DNA of 64,000 nt from a virus (Duplodnaviria > Caudoviricetes). Below are positions 1 through 10,631 of this stretch, in pieces. Every line of letters begins with the position of its first letter. Position 1 is the stretch's first letter. The notes beneath the pieces are model-generated. The model saw only the letters and a list, made by a program, of their open reading frames with translations. It was not told where the DNA came from and made no database searches. Location of the stretch: the IMG/VR virus record IMGVR_UViG_3300048502_000185, positions 26,988 through 90,987 of that record; one strand, written 5' to 3'. A program made the position numbers and the translations under genes.

Positions 1-205
1 TTGATTAGCGATATAGGCATCAATAGCATACTTCAAATCGAAGACTTGAGATTCCGTCAATTGTAAATAAACTTCATATTTTTTAGCCAAATCTAAATTA
101 TATTGCCTTGCTTTAACCTTAGGCAATGAGGGTTTCTTACTAACGACATTTTTTGATTTATTTTTCATAACCAACCTAAATTAGTAATAGTGACCGATGG
201 GAAGG

Positions 206-511
206 CTACCAATTACCGCGCAAAATATAAAGACTTCTGCCCTTATACAATCCTGACAAAACGGCTATGTGATCAACATAATCATTATCGTGAGTTAAAT
301 ATACTTTGGTCCCATGACGGAGTAAGGCGAAACCAACTTCCGCAAGACATTGCTTTTCAGACTCGCCAGTTCCCCTGATACATACAAGAAAATCTGTAAT
401 TTGACTGCCAGTGAAAGCCCGTGTGTTTTGCTCCAAAACCAATTCATCCGCACTGGCAGTGATAGTACTGCTCATAATAGCAAGGACACAACCAATTAGA
501 ATACTTTTCAT
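206..511 (-). CDS. Secreted hypothetical protein
   Basis: N-terminal signal-peptide-like MKSILIGCVLAIMSSTITASA. Confidence 0.65.
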   Translation of the reverse strand: MKSILIGCVLAIMSSTITASADELVLEQNTRAFTGSQITDFLVCIRGTGESEKQCLAEVGFALLRHGTKVYLTHDNDYVDHIAVLSGLYKGRSLYILRGNW

Positions 512-618
512 TTACCACCTACTTAATACATTTGGATAAATGTAGCTAAAAACTATTACTGATAAGGCCATCAAATCCAATAACCCAAATAAAATGGTAT
601 AAAAAATTAAAACACTTT

Positions 619-960
619 TCACTTGGAGTCTTCCCAGCATTGGGCAAACAATGTTTGATAGTCGCCAGACTTGCTAAGGTCGCTGTTTTGAATATTCTTA
701 TAGCACACCAAAGCCCTCGCTTCCATCGAATGGAGCTTCTGATAGCTCCAAGAGCCCGTGGCAGACAGCGCCTGAATAGTATCAACGCTGGCTTGCCAGA
801 AGGCACTTGCAGCCACTTCCGCCTTGTCAGTGGTACACTCGGAGCGCAAGTCTTGCGCATGCGTTTGCTCGTCAGCCATCTGCGCGTGCATGGATGGATT
901 AGCGGCACAACCAGTGCCTAACATTAGGATACCGACAAAAGATAAAGTTGTAAATTGCAT
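619..960 (-). CDS. Putative lipoprotein
   Basis: Hydrophobic leader with lipobox LGTGC. Confidence 0.7.
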   Translation of the reverse strand: MQFTTLSFVGILMLGTGCAANPSMHAQMADEQTHAQDLRSECTTDKAEVAASAFWQASVDTIQALSATGSWSYQKLHSMEARALVCYKNIQNSDLSKSGDYQTLFAQCWEDSK

Positions 961-994
961 GTATTTATTCCTTGTTATAATATATGTTTGATTG

Positions 995-1372
995 TTAATT
1001 AGTAAGAATTAGTTCCAACTTATCTACACATTGAGAGGCAATATTCTTGTAGTCCTGAGTGAATTGAATATTGCTCACCACGATGTTATCGTAGCAAACG
1101 CGAAACTTGCTCAATGTAATTTTAGGAGATAAGTCCCTTTTATTGGAAATCCAATCCCATGCAACATCTGCTGATTGCATGGTATTCCTTTCAAAGTTCC
1201 AATATGAGCGCTGGTCTTCTTCAAATTTATTTGCGGCTACTTGCTCTTGTCGCCATTCAGCATTTGTTGGAAACTTTTCAGTTTTTGGATGCGATGCAAC
1301 AGGTGCTTGTGTTGTCGCACAACCAGAAACAGCAATCAAAATACTACCCAAAGAAAATACAATTGACTTCAT
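995..1372 (-). CDS. Putative lipoprotein
   Basis: Lipobox AVSGC; C-terminal C-Y...C pattern resembles the 619..960 ORF. Confidence 0.7.
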   Translation of the reverse strand: MKSIVFSLGSILIAVSGCATTQAPVASHPKTEKFPTNAEWRQEQVAANKFEEDQRSYWNFERNTMQSADVAWDWISNKRDLSPKITLSKFRVCYDNIVVSNIQFTQDYKNIASQCVDKLELILTN

Positions 1373-1449
1373 TTTAACTTTCCAACTCCTTTATTAGCAA
1401 GACATAAACATCATTCCAATTGAGCGAATCTCAATAAGACTTTCAAAAT

Positions 1450-1728
1450 CTAAAAGTGCAACGCTTTTGCTTCAAAGCCACGCTCTTTAAGATCTTCAAA
1501 AACAGATTCTACTGACCTTTCAGAACCCCACACGCTATCTCCCAGCTCTTCAAAATCTGATGGAAGAATATGTGCAATTTGAGGAGTTTGATCATTCAGA
1601 CATTGATTCTCATCATAGAAAGTTTTTTCTACAATACAAATATACACACTGTAATCTACATCACTTTCATCCACATAAACATGAAAATAATAATCTTGTG
1701 GCTTTGCTTCAGCAATTGCATTAGACAT
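1450..1728 (-). CDS. Hypothetical acidic protein
   Basis: ORF in co-directional cluster. Confidence 0.6.
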   Translation of the reverse strand: MSNAIAEAKPQDYYFHVYVDESDVDYSVYICIVEKTFYDENQCLNDQTPQIAHILPSDFEELGDSVWGSERSVESVFEDLKERGFEAKALHF

Positions 1729-1740
1729 TATATTTTCCTT

Positions 1741-1974
1741 TCACAGACCTCTAAAATCACCATTAACAGAAGACCACTGCTTGAAAACTTCTGGTGAATG
1801 ACGTCCATTACCATTCCTAACAAGTAGGATCGAATCAATCTCTTCTGGTTCCAAACGAGATTCTTCCTTCATATAAGCAAAGACAGTTGCAAGCCTTGCG
1901 TTAAAAACAGGGCGAACAATAATAGTAGTCAAATCAGAACCCGATGGTAAACCAACAATAATTGCAGTAAACAT
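1741..1974 (-). CDS. Hypothetical protein
   Basis: ORF with AGGA RBS in co-directional cluster. Confidence 0.6.
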   Translation of the reverse strand: MFTAIIVGLPSGSDLTTIIVRPVFNARLATVFAYMKEESRLEPEEIDSILLVRNGNGRHSPEVFKQWSSVNGDFRGL

Positions 1975-2084
1975 TTTAATGTCCTAAATAAAGTGTTGAA
2001 TGATATGCTAACGATATGATTATCGAAAGCGACTGACTAAAACTAAAAGAACAAGAACGAAACAAATATAAGCGGCTATACTAA

Positions 2085-2282
2085 TCATGCTGGAGAAACA
2101 TCCTCGGCACGAAAAGCCGTGCCAATATAATTAAGTGGACGTCTACCAACTAACTTGATACAATAAGATTGAACAGTATCAAATGTTGGTGGAGACATTC
2201 GCTTGGATATGACTATGCCATAGCCAAGCGTTGTGATGACACGATCACCAGTTTGGAATATCTTTCTCATGTTAGATTCCAC
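2085..2282 (-). CDS. Small hypothetical protein, SH3/KOW-like beta fold possible
   Basis: FQTGDRVITTLGYGIV pattern. Confidence 0.5.
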   Translation of the reverse strand: MESNMRKIFQTGDRVITTLGYGIVISKRMSPPTFDTVQSYCIKLVGRRPLNYIGTAFRAEDVSPA

Positions 2283-2285
2283 GAA

Positions 2286-2987
2286 TTAGTTAATCTCTTG
2301 CACACAGGTATAGCCGGGATAGGAGGTACTTGAGACGCCACCTTCTGGAGTTGGATTGCAGGAATAACCAGCCTGGATACAAACGCCGGGGCTACCTCCA
2401 CAATACAAACCGCCAGAACAATACCCAGCTCCTTGATACTCAAAAGCAGGATCATTGCTGCAAGGTTGATCCTCAAGAATAGGAATTAGACATTCATACA
2501 TACTATTTTGATTAGAATAAACGCAGTTATATCCTTTTTGGCAGGAAGAACTTGCATCACTTGCACCAGCATCAGAAGAAACTGGCGGAATACAAACAGG
2601 TGGAGAAGTTCCCGCTTCAACATCAGTTTGCCAAACAGCAAGAACCGGAGCAGCATCGACAACAACATCGGCAACAACATCGGCAACAGCAGCATCAACA
2701 ACGTCCGTTGTATTAGCGGCGTCAAAAACATCAGAAGTCAAAGCAGCATCAGTGCTATCAGCGGCTTCAACAATATCAGAAGCTTCTGCAACCACACTCG
2801 CTTCTACGGGCGTGATTATAGTTCCTGAGTCTGGAATATCGCCAGAATCTACAGATTCTCCATTAGCGCCAGATTCTCCGTTAGTGCCATCAACGCCATT
2901 TTTTCCGTCATGGCCTTGTCCTGGGAAAAGCGAGCAACCAGATGATGCGATCATTATTGATATCAGAGTTGCATATTTAATATTCAT
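2286..2987 (-). CDS. Cys-rich lipoprotein with Asp/Ala/Ser linker (paralog of 11204 and 12997 genes)
   Basis: Leader IMIASSGC-SLFPG shared with paralogs; DAG/DAS linker; Cys-rich C-terminus. Confidence 0.8.
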   Translation of the reverse strand: MNIKYATLISIMIASSGCSLFPGQGHDGKNGVDGTNGESGANGESVDSGDIPDSGTIITPVEASVVAEASDIVEAADSTDAALTSDVFDAANTTDVVDAAVADVVADVVVDAAPVLAVWQTDVEAGTSPPVCIPPVSSDAGASDASSSCQKGYNCVYSNQNSMYECLIPILEDQPCSNDPAFEYQGAGYCSGGLYCGGSPGVCIQAGYSCNPTPEGGVSSTSYPGYTCVQEIN

Positions 2988-3187
2988 TTTGAATTTTCTT
3001 ATGATAGTTATGGGTTTAGATACAGTCCTACAATTATTGGCATTTTATTTTGGCAACGCCATAACCAAGCAGTTATTTTCACCTCTACATCTTAGAAAGA
3101 GCACGACCCGATGGGACAGAAAATATGTCGATATTCGCTTAAAATTCAGCCAATCGCTGATATATTATCAGACGGAGGAAAGTTATC

Positions 3188-3884
3188 ATGAAGAAAATTT
3201 GTAAGGTAGAAGGTTGTCAGAAAAAACATTATAGTCTGGGGTATTGTCAAAATCATTTTAGGAACTTCAAAAATAGCGGAGACCCAATTTGGCATGGATA
3301 TCCAAAATTATCTTGTAAGGTACAAGGCTGTGCAAGAAAATATAAGGGGCTTGGATATTGTGAGCCACATCTTGATAGATTCAAGAATCACGGCGACCCG
3401 CTTGCAGATCAAAGCATCAAAATTATGAACCAATTTTCAGTTTGCACAATAACAGATTGTTATAAAGAACATTATTCCTTTGGTCTTTGTCAAGCCCATT
3501 ATGAACTTCAGAAACGAAACGGTGATCCAAATATCAGACAAAAAGCAAAAAATGGAGAAGGTAGGTTGGATGCCAAAGGCTATAAACTATTTAAAAAAAA
3601 ATGGTATTACTTATAGAGAACACCGATATGTTATGGAACAGCATATTGGACGAAAATTATTACCATTAGAAAATGTTCATCACAAAAATGGCGTTCGCGA
3701 CGATAATAGAATTGAAAATTTAGAACTATGGACTAAAGTTCAGCCGTGCGGAAAACGCCCAAAAGATTTGATTGTCTATGCCAAAGAGATATTCGCCCAA
3801 TATATGAAACCAGAAGATTTGGTTTCTTATGCAAAAGCATTACTTGCTAATCATGCATATGAAGAAGACGACCATCTTTGGTAA
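3188..3884 (+). CDS. HNH endonuclease with three N-terminal Cx4C..CxxH Zn repeats, split by a frameshift in an A9 run (3593-3601)
   Basis: ORF 3188..3616 has the C-x4-C...YC-x-x-H repeats; ORF 3480..3884 has HRYVME...[19 protein letters not shown]; removing one A fuses them. Confidence 0.8.
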
Positions 3885-3997
3885 GACACTATCTTAGTGA
3901 AAATTATGTTGGTGTTTTCTATTGGAGAACCACCGAACCAAGCAGCCCTATTTTTTTGACTGCCACATCCTATGTTCAGACACACGCACCGATGGGA

Positions 3998-4603
3998 CTA
4001 TCCACCTGAGAACACTGATTTAGTCTGCTTTGCCTTGACGCCCCAACTAATCGAAGAATTGCTAACGCCCATCTTCTTCATGAACGGGCTCTTACCAGCC
4101 TTCAAAATTCGGGCAAGTGCATCTTGCCTTAAAACGACCTCTGCCATATACTCGCCCTTGATGATAATCTTGGTGGAAAGCAACACGCCAAAGTAATCAG
4201 AGGCAGACGAACCGTCCGCAAGTTGCCGATCCAAGAAGCGCATACCGTCCTGGGGCATATCAAAAGGCTTCTCAATGACAAGATTGCCATCGGCAGAATA
4301 AATTGATGCCACATAATTCTTTGGAACCTTGTTGGTTTCTTTTGCTTTGTCAGCAAGAATCTTTGCTTCTGCTTTCTTAACTTCATTTTGAATCTGGTAG
4401 GAGAGAACAGCGGCTTTGATGTCTGAAAGAGCGGGGGTGGGCAAAAGTTCGCGAGCATCAAACCGATTGACTATTGAACCAACGACACCGAACATCTCAT
4501 CATTCATGAGGAATGATCTGTGATTGTTAATAAACTCCGAGGCAGAATTTGCTGCCTTGGTTCCAGCCTTGAAAAGAAACTTTTTTACTGACATATTCGA
4601 CAT
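3998..4603 (-). CDS. Hypothetical protein
   Basis: 201-aa ORF with GGAG RBS; stop followed by TCCCATC. Confidence 0.75.
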   Translation of the reverse strand: MSNMSVKKFLFKAGTKAANSASEFINNHRSFLMNDEMFGVVGSIVNRFDARELLPTPALSDIKAAVLSYQIQNEVKKAEAKILADKAKETNKVPKNYVASIYSADGNLVIEKPFDMPQDGMRFLDRQLADGSSASDYFGVLLSTKIIIKGEYMAEVVLRQDALARILKAGKSPFMKKMGVSNSSISWGVKAKQTKSVFSGG

Positions 4604-4817
4604 TTGTGGTCTCCTAAATTGTAAGAGGTACTGCTTGACTACTGATTGGAAGTTCGAACCCGATGGGAACCTTATCGTTTATTTTTCTTGCTAATCTTTA
4701 TATTTTTTAGATTGGCTCTGGTTGACTTCAAAGCGGTTTCCAAAAATTGATCAGTCTCTTTTTTTGAGAATTCGCACATAGTAAAAAAATCAAAATTATC
4801 TAATTCAGATGTCTTTT

Positions 4818-5222
4818 TCATTTTGCCGCTCGCATCCGAAGATATTGCATGCCATTATACTCGTCTGGCTTGATATGACCATGCTTCTCCAACCACTGGA
4901 CATTCCCACAAACAATCACACAAAGATTGGCTCGGGCTCGATGAGATTGAAACTCAAGTGGTGTTGTATTTGCCCAGTCGATTACTTCCTGCATTTGCCC
5001 AAAAGCAAATTCTGGTGTCATCGGATTGCCTGGTTCATCGTAATGCTTAATCATCTCCTCAATGGCTTCGGAAAACTTATCGAGATTCATATCTTCTGGC
5101 GTAAGGCAAAGTGCGATGCCGTCAGTAGTATCGGACTTGTAGAATGCTGACATTCTAACCAAACCCGTTTGGATATTGTTGGAGTTATTTGATTTATTTG
5201 CCCTGCGTTGATGTCTGTTCAT
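4818..5222 (-). CDS. Hypothetical protein
   Basis: 134-aa ORF starting MNRHQRRA. Confidence 0.65.
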   Translation of the reverse strand: MNRHQRRANKSNNSNNIQTGLVRMSAFYKSDTTDGIALCLTPEDMNLDKFSEAIEEMIKHYDEPGNPMTPEFAFGQMQEVIDWANTTPLEFQSHRARANLCVIVCGNVQWLEKHGHIKPDEYNGMQYLRMRAAK

Positions 5223-5712
5223 TTTAGTTCTCGTTGTTTGGGCTGAGCGATGTTGCCCGAGCCATATACTTAGGATCAGTAGTCGCCACGATGGGAACTA
5301 AAAAGACTATCTCGACGAAGACAGCTTCGTATGAATCTTGCCACCAATTCGCCCAATGGCACTGGTCAATCGCATTTGTGCCAGATAAATCGATTCTCGC
5401 TGCTGACCAATCATTGCATAGCCCATTGCGAATTCAAGCGCCAATTTAGCCTGCTCCAAATCGGCTTTCAAGTCTCTAACCCGTTCGTCTGATACTTTGA
5501 GCTTATCCATTAAATTGATTCCAATTCTGCCATTGTGCAGGATTGCACAGTAGTGGTTCCCTTGTCGCATTCCGCGCATGGATTATTATCACCCAATTTA
5601 GATGGGCTATAAACGGCAAACCTTATTCCACAATTAGCACATTCCCATTTGAGGTTTCGTAGTGGCCTAACAACTTTATTTTTCAAAATATTTATTCCTT
5701 AATCCTGTTCAA

Positions 5713-6726
5713 CTACTTCTTAGTATTTATAGCCCGATGGGAAGTCTTGACATTCTTTTTCATTAGTTCATTAAACTCTTTTTCATTTTTACAACGTAAA
5801 CCATGTATCCAATATTGCTTATGGCCATTTGACATGTAAATGGCGGGCCCATTTGCTCGATGGAACTTACCATTTAGATACCAATATTCATCCCCATTAG
5901 CATACTTAATAGCCGGGCCATCTTTGCGACTATATTTGCCATGTAGATACCAAAGCTTTGTGCCATCAGGATATTCTTGGGCTGGGCCATCTACACGGTG
6001 AAGTTTGCCTTTTAACCACCATTCTTTATAGCCATTAGGCGATTCTTTAGCGGGGCCATCTACCCTATGAAGCTTACCATATAGGTGCCAAAGCCTTGTG
6101 CCATCAGAATAGTTGATAGCGGGAGCATTTTCTCGATGGAGATTTTTGTTTAGATACCAAAACTTGGCGTTAGCATATTCTTGCAATTCGCCACCATTAG
6201 GAAGCTTCTTTATTTTAACAGTATTTTTCTTCGCTGGCTTAAGACCTTCACCATTTAGGAACCACCACTTTTCACCATTAGCAAACTCAACAGCAGGTCC
6301 ATTTTCTCGATGTAATTTATCATTTAAATACCATTCTTTATCACCATTAACTCTTTCAATAGCAGGACCATCTTCTCGATGAATCTTACCATTTAGATAA
6401 TAAATGGTATCACCATGGATATATTTAAAAATCTCTTTGCCATCAGGATATTTATATAATATTCCATTAGGCAATTTACTTATTTTAACTTTTTTCATTT
6501 TCTTTTCACCAACCTTAAACATCCAAGATTTAAAATCTAGACATTCGCCATATAGCCACCATTCTTTATCGCCTTCAGCAAAGTCTATGGCAGGACCATC
6601 TTCTCTATGGAATTCACCATTTAGGTAATGAATGGTATCACCATTGGTATATTTAAAAATCTCTATGCCATCAGGATATTTATATAATTTTCCATAAGGG
6701 AAATTACTTATTTTAACTTTTTTCAT
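5713..6726 (-). CDS. HREDGPA-repeat protein, long multi-unit member lacking the LKAFW tag
   Basis: Many HRE(D/N)GPA..NG.K.W repeats; three internal KK(V/I)KI.KLPNG starts suggest fused units. Confidence 0.85.
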   Translation of the reverse strand: MKKVKISNFPYGKLYKYPDGIEIFKYTNGDTIHYLNGEFHREDGPAIDFAEGDKEWWLYGECLDFKSWMFKVGEKKMKKVKISKLPNGILYKYPDGKEIFKYIHGDTIYYLNGKIHREDGPAIERVNGDKEWYLNDKLHRENGPAVEFANGEKWWFLNGEGLKPAKKNTVKIKKLPNGGELQEYANAKFWYLNKNLHRENAPAINYSDGTRLWHLYGKLHRVDGPAKESPNGYKEWWLKGKLHRVDGPAQEYPDGTKLWYLHGKYSRKDGPAIKYANGDEYWYLNGKFHRANGPAIYMSNGHKQYWIHGLRCKNEKEFNELMKKNVKTSHRAINTKK

Positions 6727-6733
6727 TTTCTTT

Positions 6734-6952
6734 TCACCAAAATGCTTTCAATCTCATTAGTCGCTCAAATTCTTCTTGAGTTTTACAAGATAATTTAACT
6801 CCATATAAATGCCATTCTACAAGACCATTAAATATGACAGCCGGGCCATCGTCTCTATGACGTGCACCATTTAGATACCAGAGTTCATCGCCATTAGTGT
6901 ATTTATGCCTGTTGCCACCATTAGGTAATGGAATTATTCTTAATATAGCCAT
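6734..6952 (-). CDS. HREDGPA-repeat family protein
   Basis: Repeat plus TQEEFERLMRLKAFW tag; start trimmed to MAILRII. Confidence 0.85.
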   Translation of the reverse strand: MAILRIIPLPNGGNRHKYTNGDELWYLNGARHRDDGPAVIFNGLVEWHLYGVKLSCKTQEEFERLMRLKAFW

Positions 6953-6954
6953 AT

Positions 6955-7311
6955 TTACCAGAATACTTTCAACTTCAATAGTCTTTCGAATTGTTCTTGA
7001 GTTGTGCAAGACAATTCCTTGCCGGATAGAAACCAGCCTTTATCACCATTAAAAGATTCAAATGCCGGACCATCTATGCGATGCATATTACCATTTAAAA
7101 ACCAAACTTTGGTTCCATTACTCATGGACATGGCTGGTCCACCTATTCTATGGTTTTTGCCATTTAGATACCAACACTCACCACCACCACCACTATACTT
7201 TATAGCAGGGCCATCCTCTCGGTGATATTCACCATTTTTATTAAAATATGATTTATCACCAGAATCATTCTGATGCAATTTACCGCCATTAGATAATTTA
7301 ATTCTCTTCAT
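6955..7311 (-). CDS. HREDGPA-repeat family protein
   Basis: Repeats plus RLLKLKVFW tag. Confidence 0.85.
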   Translation of the reverse strand: MKRIKLSNGGKLHQNDSGDKSYFNKNGEYHREDGPAIKYSGGGGECWYLNGKNHRIGGPAMSMSNGTKVWFLNGNMHRIDGPAFESFNGDKGWFLSGKELSCTTQEQFERLLKLKVFW

Positions 7312-7316
7312 TTTTT

Positions 7317-7607
7317 CTACCAAAACACCTTCACCTTCATTAATCTTTTAAATTCTTTTTGGGTGGTGCAAGGTATTTGCACACCATGCAGATACCAACG
7401 TTTATGTCCATCCCAACGGATTACAGCAGGACCGTCTTCTCGATGTAATTTATCATTTAGATACCAAGCTTTGGAACCAGTAGAAAGTTCCAAAGCGGGG
7501 CCATTCTCTCGATGTAATTTACCATTTAGAAGCCAATGTTTCTCACCATTAGGATATTTGTGTAACTCGCCGCCATTAGATAGTTTAGTTATTTTTTCCA
7601 TTTTCAT
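7317..7607 (-). CDS. HREDGPA-repeat family protein
   Basis: Repeats plus RLMKVKVFW tag. Confidence 0.85.
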   Translation of the reverse strand: MKMEKITKLSNGGELHKYPNGEKHWLLNGKLHRENGPALELSTGSKAWYLNDKLHREDGPAVIRWDGHKRWYLHGVQIPCTTQKEFKRLMKVKVFW

Positions 7608-7642
7608 TTTACTCACTCCGTGGAATCTTCGAAACGAAGATT

Positions 7643-7927
7643 CTACCAAAACCCTTTCAATCTCATGAGCCTTTCAAATTCTTCTTGAGAATTACAATCC
7701 AATCGCTCATCATTTAAATACCATTCACCTTCACCATTACCATAATCAATGGCAGGCCCGTCTTTTCTATGACGCTTGCCGTTTATATACCATTCTTTAA
7801 CACCACGAACACGATCCAAAGCGGGGCCATCTTCTCTGTGGCGAAGTCCATCAAAATAATAAAATTTGTTTCCATTAGATACTTCGTGCAAAACTCCACC
7901 ATTAGGCAGTTCCGTTACTTTTAACAT
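7643..7927 (-). CDS. HREDGPA-repeat family protein
   Basis: Repeats plus RLMRLKGFW tag. Confidence 0.85.
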   Translation of the reverse strand: MLKVTELPNGGVLHEVSNGNKFYYFDGLRHREDGPALDRVRGVKEWYINGKRHRKDGPAIDYGNGEGEWYLNDERLDCNSQEEFERLMRLKGFW

Positions 7928-7987
7928 TTTTCCTCAGCATAGATAACGAATTATTATCCATGATCGGGGAAACAAAATGGACTCTCA

Positions 7988-8410
7988 TTACCAAAATGCT
8001 TTTAGCAGCATTAGTCTTTCAAATTCTTCTTGAGTTTTACAAGGTATTCGTTCGCCATTTAGATACCAAGATTTTTTACCATTATCCCACTCAATAGCAG
8101 GGCCATCTTCTCGATGAAGTTTGTCATTTAGATACCATTCTTTATCGCCAGTAGCCCATACCAAGGCTGGTCCATATTTTCGGTGAAGTTTGCCTTCTAT
8201 ACGCCATTCTTTATAACCGCTGGTAAAGACTACGGCGGGGCCATCTTCTCTATGAAGCTTACCATCTATATACCAATATGTGGAATTGCCACTGTGAATA
8301 GCGGGGCCATCTTTTCTATGATATTTGTTATTTAGATAATAATATTTAGAGCCATCATTATATTCCCATAGTTTTCCGCCATTTGGTAAATCAGTTATTT
8401 TACAATCCAT
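7988..8410 (-). CDS. HREDGPA-repeat family protein
   Basis: Four repeats plus RLMLLKAFW tag. Confidence 0.85.
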   Translation of the reverse strand: MDCKITDLPNGGKLWEYNDGSKYYYLNNKYHRKDGPAIHSGNSTYWYIDGKLHREDGPAVVFTSGYKEWRIEGKLHRKYGPALVWATGDKEWYLNDKLHREDGPAIEWDNGKKSWYLNGERIPCKTQEEFERLMLLKAFW

Positions 8411-8441
8411 TTTTCCCCTATAGTGATTGCAAAATCACAAT

Positions 8442-8723
8442 CTACCAAAATGCTTTCAATCTCATTAGTCGCTCAAATTGTTCTTGAGTTTTACAAGGTA
8501 TAAGTTTGCCATTTATAAGCCATTCTTTTTGACCGCTACCCCATTCTATTGCTGGGCCATCTTCTCGATGAAGATTGTCATTTAGAAACCAAAATTTGTC
8601 ACCATTAGCAAACTCAATAGCCGGGCCATCTGTTCGATGAAGAAAGCCATTTAAAAACCAACTTTTGTCGCCACTATCATATTCATATAATTTGCCGCCA
8701 TTATATAATCTAGTTATTTTCAT
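8442..8723 (-). CDS. HREDGPA-repeat family protein
   Basis: Repeats plus RLMRLKAFW tag. Confidence 0.85.
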   Translation of the reverse strand: MKITRLYNGGKLYEYDSGDKSWFLNGFLHRTDGPAIEFANGDKFWFLNDNLHREDGPAIEWGSGQKEWLINGKLIPCKTQEQFERLMRLKAFW

Positions 8724-8767
8724 TTGTTTTACTTTACCCACTCCGTGGAATCTTCGAAACGAAGATT

Positions 8768-9055
8768 CTACCAAAACACTTTCAGTTTCATAAGTCTTTC
8801 AAATTGCTCTTGGTTTTTGCAATATAATTGCACACCATCTACATACCAATATTTATTACCATTGAGACAATCGATAGCAGGGCCATCTGTTCGATGGAGA
8901 TGGCCATTGATATACCAATAGCGAGTGCCATTTATTAGCTCAACGGCGCAACCATCTTCTCGATGATAATTATGATGCAAATAATAATACTTCTCACCAT
9001 CAGAATATTCATGCAGTTCGCCACCATTTGGCAACTGGGTTATCGTTCTATCCAT
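8768..9055 (-). CDS. HREDGPA-repeat family protein
   Basis: Repeats plus RLMKLKVFW tag. Confidence 0.85.
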   Translation of the reverse strand: MDRTITQLPNGGELHEYSDGEKYYYLHHNYHREDGCAVELINGTRYWYINGHLHRTDGPAIDCLNGNKYWYVDGVQLYCKNQEQFERLMKLKVFW

Positions 9056-9268
9056 TTACCAAAATGCTTTCAACTTCAATAGTCTTTCGAATTGAACTTG
9101 GGTTGTGCAAGGTACGCAAATACCATTTAGCCACCATTCTTTAGAGTCATCACTACGATCAACAGCCGGGCCATCTTCTCTATGGAATCCCTTATTCCGA
9201 AAATAATATTTATCACCAGAAGAATACTCGTGCATCCAGCAGTCATGAGGTAATTTAATTATTTTCAT
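9056..9268 (-). CDS. HREDGPA-repeat family protein
   Basis: One repeat plus RLLKLKAFW tag. Confidence 0.85.
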   Translation of the reverse strand: MKIIKLPHDCWMHEYSSGDKYYFRNKGFHREDGPAVDRSDDSKEWWLNGICVPCTTQVQFERLLKLKAFW

Positions 9269-9310
9269 TTTATACTTTATCCACTCCGTGGAATCTTCGA
9301 AACGAAGATT

Positions 9311-9523
9311 CTACCAAAATGCTTTCAATCTCATTAGTCTTTCGAATTGATCTTGAGTTGTGCAAGGTATTCGAATACCATTTAGCCACCATTCGTTAGT
9401 GCCATCAGGATTTTCAACAGCTGGACCATCATCTCTATGATATGATAAACTACGAAAATAATATTTATAACCAGGAGGATACTCATTCATCCAGCAACCA
9501 TGAGGTAATTTAGTTATTTTCAT
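9311..9523 (-). CDS. HREDGPA-repeat family protein
   Basis: One repeat plus RLMRLKAFW tag; close to the 9056 gene. Confidence 0.85.
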   Translation of the reverse strand: MKITKLPHGCWMNEYPPGYKYYFRSLSYHRDDGPAVENPDGTNEWWLNGIRIPCTTQDQFERLMRLKAFW

Positions 9524-9804
9524 TTTATACTTTTTTATACTTGCGCTTCCACCAATCTTCAATGGCTATAAACAAACAAGTGTCATTGCCAAGTCCAGCC
9601 AAAGCGTCAATGCAAAAAACAAAGACAATTATATCAAAGCCCATCAAACCTGGATACATACTAAAAAAACTAATAAAATCTTTCATTTATCACTCCCGAA
9701 TAGTTCAATTAAGGCATCTATAGCCAGAATAAAAACCAACAATATCATTGCTACAAGAGTGGTAATCATAAGATACTTCATAGGACACCTAATATAATAC
9801 TAGA

Positions 9805-10152
9805 CTATTCAGCAACTCCCAAAAGAATGCCTTGCTCTTTCCATTTGTTGGAAACAACAAACGGTTTCTCATCTTCTTCAATTGGAGGATCTTCAATAAC
9901 CTCGGTCAGAAAGAAAACTCGTTCGAGATCATTGAGATCTTCAAGAAACGATTCTTCAAAAGAATCAAGGACTTCTTCTTGATTCTGCTCATCATCCTGA
10001 AGTTCAAGATACAATACGGCTTTTTGATCGTGCAAACACTTGGACAATTCAAGAGTTAGTTCTGGTCTTTTTTCTTGAAGAGCCATCCAAAGGAACGTGT
10101 CAATCTCATATTGATGAGATGAACCAAAGTCTGTTTCTGTACGGGGTTTCAT
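9805..10152 (-). CDS. Acidic hypothetical protein (paralog of 32145 gene)
   Basis: Shared L.DLERVFFLT(E/D). Confidence 0.7.
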   Translation of the reverse strand: MKPRTETDFGSSHQYEIDTFLWMALQEKRPELTLELSKCLHDQKAVLYLELQDDEQNQEEVLDSFEESFLEDLNDLERVFFLTEVIEDPPIEEDEKPFVVSNKWKEQGILLGVAE

Positions 10153-10631
10153 GTAAATAAAATTACCTTTCGTGAGTGCTGGTTATATTTAAGTTAAGCA
10201 TCGGTGCCCGATGGGTCAAGAGGTCAATCTTACTTTCGCTTGGTTCGTTCATGCGGCAGAGCTAACTCAGGATTAGCAGTAATCGCAATTAGTTCGCACG
10301 CATTCCAAAGCAACCAATCAGATAGTTCAAGAAAAGTAACGATGGACATATTCATCGGAAACTTACCTGCTTGATGCTGGATCAAGCACGAATATTTAAT
10401 TGGAAACAACGGGTCATCGACGGCAGCATTTGCTGCCGCGATATCATGATGAAACACAAAATCAACCAGAGTGTTTAGTCTGGTTGGGCAATCTTGGTAA
10501 TTCGGGAACATTGTTTTGGTGCGTGATAGCATTTTCGATCCTGTCGGTGATAATTTTGGTTTCTGCGAGGCTCTTTACTATTTTCAATCTACGAGACGAT
10601 GGGAAGTTTGATTGTTTCAACATTGCCAATT

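Noticed and set aside
3052-3067. Possible additional sigma54 site TGGTTATGGCGTTGCC upstream of the 2286 gene
   Set aside because: GG-N10-GC spacing is right, but the -24 flank is weak and it lacks the terminator and GCAA context of the other sites; not called
7607-8774. N-terminal extensions MVESSFRRFHGV on the 7317 and 8442 ORFs (also MVEKM/MVENM starts)
   Set aside because: Artefact of reading through the hairpin spacer from TTG in the previous gene's TTTTGGTAG; real starts follow the GGAG-type RBS
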